A DNA stretch of 64,000 bases, taken from Bugula neritina (lineage: Eukaryota; Animalia; Bryozoa). Of the stretch, positions 49,201 to 61,200 are shown piece after piece (the stretch's first letter is position 1; every line of letters starts with the position of its first letter). The stretch lies in contig OZ037767.1 of NCBI GenBank assembly GCA_964035545.1, positions 20,662,628 through 20,726,627 on the forward strand, given 5' to 3'. The notes below the pieces were generated by a model. The model did not search any database, was not told where the DNA came from, and was given only the letters and a program-made list of their open reading frames with translations. A program made the translations under genes and the position numbers.

Positions 49201-52200
49201 AGTGCACTACCTACACAGTGCACTACCTACACAGTGCACTACCTACACAGTGCACTACCTACACAGTGCACTACCTACACAGTGCACTACCTACACAGTG
49301 CACTACCTACACAGTGCACTACCTACACAGTGCACTACCTACACAGTGCACTACCTACACAGTGCACTACCTACACAGTGCACTACCTACACAGTGCACT
49401 ACCTACACAGTGCACTACCTACACAGTGCACTACCTACACAGTACACTACCTACACAGTACACTACCTACACACCAGAACGGTTAAATACTTGGCTGAAT
49501 CAAGCTACCAGAATACTAGCTCCTCACACAATGGCAGATTCACTGCATTATTCATTAGTACATGTTGTTTGATGCTCTAACTGTGTAAATAACATGAAAG
49601 GAGAGACAATATAATCACAATCAGCAGCATAAGTGGCAGCATCAGATAACCAAGATTGATGAGTCACTCCTACATCAACCAATAGTGACTCACTCTAAAA
49701 ACCTGCCTGGCTGCTAACAGCTTATTGCAATTCGTACAAATATTATTGTTACAATTATGGGTGAGGATTTGCTGTAAGAATTGTTTCCCAAGCTGCCTGG
49801 CATGTGCCCTTTTATTCCAGCTGGCATCTCGTGTTTAGAGAAAGATTAGAAACATAAGGCTGATGGCAGCATGCATCATAATCCATCATAATCGACCCTC
49901 AATTATATCTATAACAACATTAATTAACAATCTTATAGTCTAATTGCACAACCTGACCCTTGAGACTGCCGACACACCAGGCATATGCTGCCACTGCTGA
50001 CGTTGCTGACGTTACTGTTTAGCTGCTATTCTACAGTTCTGAACACTACTACTGCTGCAATACCAGAACAGTAGACACTAAAATACTACAACTAAATATA
50101 ATGCTATTTGTCCTGTAGCACAAAATGCACAAAAATTGTCTCCCCCTTTCCTTAGAATATGCCTTGGCATCTATCACCTGAGTCATTGAATTGCAGGAGG
50201 CAAAGCAATGTCAGAGCTGACAAAATACCTTCTGTTTATTTTGACAAAACTGGAATGATACAGGAATGTTGGCAGCACAGCACCTCTGCAGAAATAAACC
50301 TCATCATCTATAGACAGGTAAATACTAGCTGGCAGTTAATATTGTACCACCTAAACAGATATGGCTGGCTGAATGGAGGATGTCAAGCACCCATATTATT
50401 ATAATATTTTAGCAATTTTATTATAAGTTCTATGAAACACTGCTTTATAGTCTGTCACAGGGGAAGGGTGGTAAAGGGTTGGTAAAGAGTGGATGGGGCT
50501 GGTAAGGAGTGGATGGGGGAAACTTTCCTAAGCCAGTTAACCAGAAGCTGTGCATGAAAGTTGAAACAGATGCCAGCAACACCTGTCTCTCAGTCTATTA
50601 GTTAGTCAGCACCGGCAGCAAGGCCCCAGAAGTATATCATAGCCCATAACTAAATTCATAATTTTTCAAATAACTCAACAATCCTAATGGACTTTCATTC
50701 AACATTCATTCTGAGAGACACTTAATAAAATTAAGTGAGCCTTGTAAAAAATTGTGTTTCATTGTAGATAAACATAAGTAGAATTTCTAAGTTTATACCA
50801 TTGTAAAAGATTTTCATCAAAAACAACTTTGAACTTGCTAAATGTACTTTGCCTAGCACATTCATCTGCTCTATAAAAAGATAATAGCCAAAACCATGAA
50901 AACATGACACAGGAAAGATGAAAAATATGGAGAATGGAGAGCAGATTGAGAAAAGATGAGGATTAGGTGAGGAACTTACAGACTTCTTCCTCCACAGTAT
51001 AACACTGAGAGCTCTTGTATTCCCCTATAGTAGCCACTACGTTTCCCAAAGTTGTCGTAAACATCTCTATATTGTCACGTACCCTCTAATACAGCTACCT
51101 ACACACTCGCCGACTGCAACATGCTGCTGATAACGTTACGACAGCCAGCGCTGATGTCCAACAGTATCCATGTCCAATTAGAGTGCATTCAAAGTATGAG
51201 CTAATTTAGCATATAATCCAGTAGCTTTGAACTGTATCAATTGTAGAAGTTACTTGGTGTAGCAGGTCGAGCCACTGCCCTCTTCCTAGTGTCTACTAAT
51301 AACTATAGACTGGCAGCAGAGGCAGCAGAGCTGTATTGATTAGTGCTGGTGATAAAAATAGACTCAGTTCTTATTAACCCATCGCATCATTTGACTGGGG
51401 GCACACGCGTACTACTCTAAACAGGAATGAGGCACGCCTCTTGGGCTATGTTGAGTTATATCATTGTAATTAACATTTTTGTAAGCAAATCTAAATAAAT
51501 AGACAGTAATATGTGAAGTAAACACAACAGTTGGGGTGTATTTATACTGACTAATCTGTATCTCTAGAAATTCTATGGCTGTTAATTTCATATTACCTAC
51601 TGTATATTTCATATTACCTACTGTATATTTCATATTATCTACTGTATATTTCATATTACCTACTGTATATTTCATATTACCTACTGTATATTTCATATTA
51701 CCTACTGTATATTTCGTATTATCTACTGTATATTTCGTACTACCTATTGTATATTTCATATTATCTACTGTATATTTCATACTACCTATTGTATATTTCA
51801 TATTATCTACTGTATATTTTATATTACCTACTGTATATTTCATATTACCTACTGTATATTTTATATTACCTACTGTATATTTCATATTACCTACTGTATA
51901 TTTCACATTATCTACTGTATATTTCATGTTACCTACTGCATATTTCACATTACCTACTGTATATTTTATGATGGCATAGGCAGTGCCCATTTTGTTTCTA
52001 TGCATATTACACCATGACTTCAAACCTATGCAGTTTGGCTCACCAAAACCTGCCATGGACACCCTAATAACTATTGCCTAGCATTGAGTTGCTGATCTTA
52101 CAGATAACTTGTTTTACAAAGTTTACAAAAAGAATTATATTGTCAGCGAGCAATTGTACTCTCAGTTAATAGTTGTACCACCAGTTAATAGTTATACCCT

Positions 52201-55200
52201 CAGGTAACAGTTATACCACCAGTGAGCTGCATCATGTTAGTTTCTATTTCTAACTCCGTAACAAAATAACAAATGCCACAAATTACTCAACTGGTGAGTA
52301 ACCAACAGTAGAAACTAATTAATTGCTGGATTGTAGGAATTGCTTAGTTTGAAGGAGTTGAAATCAATATGAGTACCACTTTTATCTGCCACTATTTCAC
52401 ACATATGATTTGTTAACATAGAATTATTCAATGTTATACACTGTGGTGACTAAACTATGATAAAATTGATCAATAATAATTAAATCAAGAGCGTGTGCAA
52501 TGCGCTGGGTTGAACCTATGACCAGTGAATGGGATTGATAACGGAGGTAACCTGCTCTCTACAGGATACGCACACAGCAGCTGTTGCCTGCAGTTTCTAC
52601 CCTCTGGGGACTCCTCACAACAATACTGTGCAGTGAAACTGTGACACTGCGCCATCCTATTCATTTCCCAACATGCAGTGTCAATGGAGCACTTCCTGTC
52701 TACTGTAACTCATTGAACTGAGTAATTCTCGCATCCTGACACATCCATCCCCTCACCTACTCTTTCATACTGGGCCACACTGCCCTACAGCCTACCTACA
52801 GCTTACCTACAGCTCACCTACAGCCTACCTACAGCCTACCTACAGCTTACCTACAGCCTACCTACAGCCTAGCTACAGCTTACCTACAGCCTAGCTACAG
52901 CTTACCTACAGCCTACCTACAGCCTAGCTGCAGCTTACCTACAGCCTACCTACAGCTCACCTACAGCATACCTGGAGATGACAAAAAGTTTCAACAGAAG
53001 TTGTAACTCAACAGTTCAGAGCCACAACTCATTTGTAACAGTCTTTTTACTATAGCAACTGAAACAGTTTCTTTTAAATAAATACATAATATATTAAAAA
53101 TATTGTTGAATTATAAAGAGCTATCCCATGGCACTCATCTATTGGGTTTCTGTTAATTTTAGTAATATATTAACACATGTAGTGCTATATCAAGGAGAGA
53201 TTGCTGATAATGGAATTGTCTACCCATCCTGAGATAAATATGATAACTCTGAAGTATGATTATTGAACTACTTTGAAATGTTATACTAGAAGCATAATAT
53301 AGCTAACTATGAGCTAGAACAATCAAATAACTACGATACTAACATCACATACCGAAATATAACAACTATTCTTGTTTAGATATATAAGACAACTCAATAT
53401 ATTAGTGACAGGATAGCAAACACTACTCAGAAGGAAAAACCTATCACTTAGCTGCTAAAAGAACTAACCATTTGAAATTTTAGAAGTAGAAAATATTTGA
53501 ACTGGGAGAAAACAACCCACAAAACCTGTTCCAAGAACTTTTGACTGCAAAGGTTACAGACACAAAGAGCAGACAATTTCGAATTTTCATACCAACTGCA
53601 ACACATTTAATGCAGATCTAAGAAACACAAACTTTTACCCCCCCCCCTTTTTTTTTGATAAAGCAAAAATAATAAAAGGAGTTATGCAATTTTTCAAAAC
53701 CATTTCAAATAATTTGGAAAGAAAATTAAAGCCAATTTCTCACTTAGGAATAAATGGAAAATTGAGTCTCATTGTGAACCATGACGAAATTACACTTACT
53801 AATTTCTACTTACTATGGTGAGCTGTGAAATAGGCAACACATATATATATATATACATAGCTGTAAAGTATGTTACACATACTATTGTGATTTGTGAAGT
53901 AACACATACTTGACAAGGTATTTACGATTAAATACAGTGACCTACCAGTTTTCTGCACTCCCAGCAGTTCTTGCAGCTTCCTTTCTTTTTCCTTCTCCAA
54001 TTTCTCCCGTGTTTCCCTCACTTTCTCCTCCCTTTCCTTTCTACTCAACGAATCTACAGATAGATCACTCCGGCTACAGAAACAAGCAGCCCCACCTTAC
54101 AGCTTTGATTAGAATTCAGCCTCCAACCACCTTTCCATGTTTAGACTAGGTTCTACCACTGGAACTAGTATGGTAAAATGAGTGTAGAACTACACCCTTT
54201 TTGGATTATAAATCAATGGGGATTAGTCATATTATGTCTGCATCAGACTACTGTTAAATTGAGAGTGATACATGAGAAACTGGTGTATGTGTATGTCTAT
54301 GTGATTAAAGTACACTATATTGAGTATAATAAGCTGATAAATAAAATATTAGTCATTAAATATAACATGAGCAAGTAGACAATGTTCCCGACATTTCTTC
54401 CAAGTACCTCTGTGGAACGAGCACCCCCAAACTTCCATTGACAGACGCAACATCAAAGGCTTGCCAATCTATTTTATATATTTGCTTCTCTAACGTAAGA
54501 GTTAGTTAAGCTATTAGAGCACACTCTCCGTCTCCATCACGTATCTACACTGACCCGGATACTGGAGCACATCATGCACTGAGTTAGATTAGTAGTTCAG
54601 TATCAATGCAGTCTCATACATAGAGAAAGGACAACTCTATGACAAAGGCAATTGTAAATTGACACAATATTAAATTCTTGCACTATTGGATACTAGAGTA
54701 TGATCTAGCAGCATGACAAGACAGCATGACAGCCTAGCTGACGTCATACAGCATGCTGCCAGCATACCATATAATATGCATTAATATACATCTGCCTACT
54801 AATAGTAGCCTATACTCTATACTCTATACACTATACAGGAATGGCAGCAATCAATAGGAAACCTTTAGTCATTTTGAATACATTTGAATCAGTAAACATG
54901 ATTAGTGGGGGAGAGCATGCAGTACACCCTAACTACACCAACACTGTATACACTACACCAACACTGTATACACCACACCAACACTGTATATACTACACTA
55001 ACACTGTACACACTACACCAACACTGTACACACTACACCAACACTGTACACACTACACCAACACTGTATACACCACACCAACACTGTATACACCACACTA
55101 ACACTGTATACACCACACTAACACTGTATACACTACACCAACACTGTATACACTACACCAACACTGTATACACTACACTAACACTGTATACACTACACTA

Positions 55201-58200
55201 ACACTGTATACACTACACTAACACTGTATACACCACACCAACACTGTATACACTACACTAACACTGTATACACCACACCAACACTGTATACACTACACTA
55301 ACACTGTATATACCACACCAACACTGTATACACCACACCAACACTGTATACACCACACCAACACTTTATACACTACACCAACACTGTATACACCACACTA
55401 ACACTGTATACACTACACCAACACTGTATACACCATACACACGACTATTCTAAAGATTAATTCGCAGCTATACATAAATAAAACATCCATTATGAAATTA
55501 TGTATGCTTGTATGAAAATAACTGCATCTACTCAGTAATAATGTACATACACATTACTTACATGTTACATGCTTACCTCAACTCACCTCTACTATACACT
55601 CCACTATATACTCTACTATACACTCTACTATACTCTCTACCATACTCTCCACTACATACTCTACTATACTCTCCGCTACACTCTCACCTGAACGGGCTGC
55701 AGCCTTGCCACCCGCAGACTCGGATCTCTTCGTGTCAGCAGAGCTTGATCTCTTATTAGATGCAGATCTGGACGTAGGCCGGGAATTATCTCCCCTGTCC
55801 TCAGTGATGGCTGGCGACTCTACAGAAAGCAAGACAGTACACTTCTACATGAGGAGGAGGAGGTGTATATGAAGACAGTATACTTGTACATGAGGAGAAG
55901 ATGTATATGAAGACAGTATACTTGTACATGAGGAGATGTATATGAAGATAGTATACTTGTATAAAGGTCATTTATCCACAAAACAGGATATACTTTGTTT
56001 ACAACTAGAGAGAGATATTCAGGGATAGTGACTCCATGAATATACAGTCTCAAACTCTAGTCTGCGCTATAAATATAGACTGTACAGTGGGTCAAGGCTG
56101 ATGGTAAATATAGAATGTCTCTGAGCAATGCATTCAGCGGACATGTGTTCTCTCTCCTTCATCAACTACCATTGAAATGGCATCAATCAGAGTGAAGTCA
56201 GGAGATGAATAATATTAATCAATGGCTATTAGTTCATCACTTTAAGAGTAGAGTAGAGTGATGACTGAGTTAATAGTTATCACTGTAATAGTAGAGTGAT
56301 GACTGAGTTAATAGTTACTACTGTAATAGTAGAGTGATGACTGAATTAATAGTTACTACTGTAATAGTACAGAGTGATGACTGAGTTAATAGTTACTACT
56401 GTAATAGTACAGAGTGATGATTGAGTTAAAAGAAGCAACTATTTAAACTCAGCTGCAGATGATTGGTGTTTCTTACCAGTAAAGCTCCAGTTGGGTGCAG
56501 AGATGCAGACTGAAAACTACTAGCAGCAGTCACCTCCAACTCAGTGCTACTTTTAGCCGCATCCATGTAGGCTATAGCTAACCTCAGGTTTATTTATAAA
56601 TGTGAGGACATATTTTGGCTAAATTCTATGAATAAACCTCCCACCAGGTAAACCAACATACCTGAACACCAAAATACAAAAGTGACTAACTCCTCACCTG
56701 GCAACTACAAGACCTCCACCCTGAAGACTCGCTGGGAGTACAGAGTCAGACTCTGTTGACTGAGTGACACTCACCTGGGGGTATGGAGTCAGACTCTGTT
56801 GACTGAGTGACACTCACCTGGGAGTACAGAGTCAGACTCCGTTGACTGAGTGAGACTTAGCTGGGAGTACAGAGTCAGACTCTGTTGACTGAGTGAGACT
56901 TACCTGGGGGTATGGTGTCAGACTCCGTTGACTGAGTGACTGAATGAGACTGACTCCCTCGAGTTTCAGATACTTCCTGTGAGACGGACTCTGAAGCTGT
57001 CACAGGAAGTGTGGCAGCAGCAGCAACTGAATGTGTATCCATGCTGTCTGTTAGAGAGGGTGCATTGCTGCCTGGCAACTCTGTTTCTCCCTCACTCATA
57101 CCTACAGTAGACAGTAATAGTAGTAAGGAGATGAGCGCTGGTGAGAGACTTGTCAAGTCAAGTAAGACTTGGCAAGTCAAGTAATGAGTTGATCCGTCAA
57201 GCAGTAAGTCTTGAAATCTAGATACTCACAAGATAACATAACCTACATGCAACTTGACACATATCAAAAGAAGGCAGTTTACCTGGGTAGCCTAACAGGT
57301 AACTAACCAAAACATGTACACTGAGTTTTGGTTTGTTGAGCAGCCTACATGGTAATGCGACACTCCAGTAACCTACTGGCTGACTACAAGTAGGTGTGCA
57401 GGTGAAAGAGCTTCTTATGAGGAATAATCAATGACAGTATTACTTTAATATTTTAATTACACGGATAATTTCTAGCACTTGATGATAAGTTTGTCAAGGT
57501 AGCTAATTACTCTCAGTCAGCTGTTAATAAGAGACAGGTTGTTGGCAGGTGTTCTCCTATAGCAGGACAACTCCTGTACAAGATCAGACCAGCCCAACTC
57601 AACAATTGGAAATATTCTAAATAAACCAAACTTCCTCTTAAAAAGATAGAAATTTTAACCTGAAAGCTTAAGTTTATACAAGAAAACACCCTATCAGCAT
57701 TTTCAATCAACATCATAGATTAAACTCACAAACTACAAATTAGACCAAAAGTTTAAATTCCTAGACAGTTTCCCTTTTTCTTCATTGTAGAAAACTTAGA
57801 AATTGTGAATTTTTTTTGCAAATGATCAGAAAAACTTAAACATCGATACTCTATAGTCAGTGAATCATTTGTAAGAATCCTGGTGACCAGCATTTAAACA
57901 AAATAATGTTATATAAATTATATTAGCAGTGGAATGTAACACAAGGCTAGTAATGATATTGAATATCTTACTACTACCACAGCTACTAGTCTATTCAAGT
58001 CTGGGCTTGCCAGGCACTGCAATCTAACTCAGAAATGATAAACACAATAAATGTTGAAGATGTAGAGCTTCTACTACCACACAGCCTTGCATGCTCTCAG
58101 TTCAATAAACTCACATTCACTAGCCACAGACTACAATAGCAAAAGGCAAGAAGTTCTGGCAAAACCAACCACCATAATCACAGTAATAATTAACAGTTGT

Positions 58201-61200
58201 CAATTTTAAACAAAGATTATACCAAGTAAAAATTCAAGTGAGGGCAAATAACAATTCCTAGCAGTGCCGGCAAAGAGGGAGTACTTAATAATTGCATGCA
58301 TAGTTGAAATTATGTGTGGGATTGCAATATCAATGTTATGAATTGCAAATAAAGTGCCTAATAGATTTACGGCCATAGGCATTGAACAAAGTCAGAATTT
58401 ATTGACTGGAGTATCCAGTTATGTCACAAAGTAAAATAATCAATAGAGGAATAACTAGGTATATTAATGTAGAGGCCAGTGATGATAAACAAGCAGGTAT
58501 AGTTTCAGTCATTACAGCAGAATTGCAGTTTTCCAGTATCCCTAGTTTCAGTGGGAGTAGGCAACATGAGGATTTGTCTGATTATGAACTAAAACAACTC
58601 CCTTCAAACCCTAGTTGAGCATAGATCTACAGACTCAGACCATAACATATAGCTATCAGTCTACCTACAAGATATTAGATAACCTAACTTGCCTTCACAT
58701 CTGGTCAAAGCAAAAGAAACTGACTTTCGAGATTTGCTCATTTCTTCTAATAAACAACAGAGCTAAAACTGATGCCTGTTTTATTACTATATCTTGACTC
58801 TTGAAGAGGAGAAAGTTTGGCCCTACACCTGAACCAATCAGCGTGGAACTTGCTCTTTGACCTTGACTTCAAGAAAGACTGTCTTCAAAAATACTTTTCC
58901 GAAAAATCTGCATGTCCCCTTTAGAAAGCAGACTCATTATAAATATTTCACTCAACACTGCTGCCTGCAATGATGATAAACTGTCTGCGGGCTAGCATCA
59001 GACAGCACTATAGAAACCTACACTGGAAACCAGCTGTTACCATCTGAAGGAAGTCAAGTGGTCTGTGCCACCACTAAAGACAGCATAACAAAACAATGGC
59101 AGCATAGAAAGTGTAGTGACTACTGAGCGACTGCTGATGAGCTTAGCCAAAGAAAATGATGAGGTTGAGATGCTAATCACTATATCTGACTATGATGTGA
59201 GAATAATAACCATTAGTTCTACTTGGAAAGTGTGTTACGTGGGTTTAGGCAATACAGAATAGCTCATAATGTGTGTGTGTAAAGTAGATAACGAGTGTAG
59301 AAGATTCTAGCACCCTATGCAGTCACAATGCTCACCCTTTCTACTAGTGCTTAGCATTTCTACTACATCAAATATATAAAGCTGCTAAAAACTGATTGAC
59401 AGAGTTGTCATTTCCAGACAGATATAAGTTCTGAATATAATACACTGGTAGAAGCTATGAAACTAGCCAGTCATCCAACTGAAATGGTATACCAAAAATG
59501 TAGCTCAAGCTACGTGCACATGGGTGTCACAGATAGCTAGAAGTTACAATTAGGGAAGAGTGAAAGTCAAACTTGAGCCAATTAGGTTCAAGAGAACAGT
59601 GAAACTTTACAGTTGAGTTCAGCCGGTGCTAATGGTTATAGTTGTGGAAAAATTATGAATTGAGTTCCACTTGCAATAAATTTATTTGTCAATATAATGA
59701 ATTGACAAAAATGCCTAACCTATTGATGATATACACCTAACCACCAGGCAAGGAATGCACCCTATTGATAATAGGCATAATACTAGTTCAGTTATATTAC
59801 TAATGGCATGAATGCCTTGTATTTTCAACTAGTCAGCTATAGCTCGCAAATGCAGGGTATAGGAATCAGAGTGTTTAAATAACTTTATATGTGAGACGCA
59901 AACAACTTTTATTTTAAAATACAACCCCCAACTGTTTGACAAGGTGACAACAAATTTACTGTACAAGAGGATCTGATACTGTAGTAACAGGTCTTGTAGC
60001 TTACAAGATGCTTACAGAAACCTACATACTTTGCTTTTACTGACAAATTGAGACATCTTCATTAGTAAGTTTAGATTTTAGTAAGTCAGTCTAGAGTCTA
60101 GACTCTAGTAAGTACCCATTCACAACAATGAACTATTTCCCTAACAGGAATGTCAAGTTTAACAGGCATCATCATATCGTATATTAGGTGGATTATCTGG
60201 TGCAGAGGATGGAGGACATCAGCTGATGGCAACCATGAGACTTCCTGAATAATTACAGGGCTAAGAAAAAGTCAAGACATGAAGTGAGGCAAGTACAGCA
60301 ATATCCTGTTGAGAATTGAGATACAGAGCCGACCACAAACCACATATAATCAACCCAGCTAAGCTCAGAGCTTGTAGTAGAATATTTAAGTTTAGTTGCA
60401 CAGTGGTAGTTTGCCTGATTAAAGATATCCACCTGCAGTTTATTGACTCTCATACCAAAAAGGCTTTCCTGTTTAACCAGAATATCGAATTTGCTAAACT
60501 CTAGAATGATTTCATAAAAATTAAACATTAATATGAAATGCATATTATTAGACTATAAATCTTGAGGTCAAATTTTTGCATTTATAGTGAAATTTAGAAA
60601 CTGCCAGCCATGTATTCGAATGAGCCCTGCGTGTTTATTTATAGTTGTGTATAATGCACATAGCTAGGCTATATTGCAGTTTGGCTGATTTACTAAATTC
60701 CTTTTGTCTGTTGATGCTATAACCCACAAATTAGGACTTGCAAACAATGATTACATTGTATCCTATGACTAGAGTATAGTAACTAGCTTTATATAGTCCA
60801 GTTGGCTTTTTAACATTTTCAAACTGAATAGAATTTCAATTTATAACTATATTTCAATGGACAGGCTGATTTACTAACACACTTTACAATATCAGTATGG
60901 GATAAAAGTGTTTTTGACCTCAAAAGGTCTTCTTGGAGACTACATGTGCTTAGCACTAGAAACTAACCAATCACAAAACCTAGCAAATCAACTTTAATGT
61001 ATAGATGTGGATGAAAACTAACCAAGTAAAAGTATGTTACTATGTTATGAATACAACACAAGCTTTAACATATAAATAGATACAAAAACCACAAGGTTGT
61101 TTCCACAGCCATGATTATACTAAGAGTATTATCATGTCCGCAGAAGGACAGGTTCAATTACTTCATATTGTACAATCTAACTCAAAGCCCAACATAAATG

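Noticed and set aside
55578-55687. In-frame exon extension through the 12-bp ESIV repeat to a second donor (GAG|gtgagt)
   Set aside because: That donor is phase 0 while the next exon needs phase 1, so it would frameshift.
56477-56572. Possible extra MAP7 exon (YMDAAKSSTELEV...ALL|gtaaga)
   Set aside because: It enters in phase 1 but exits in phase 0, which is incompatible with exon 55819. It cannot be placed without transcript data.
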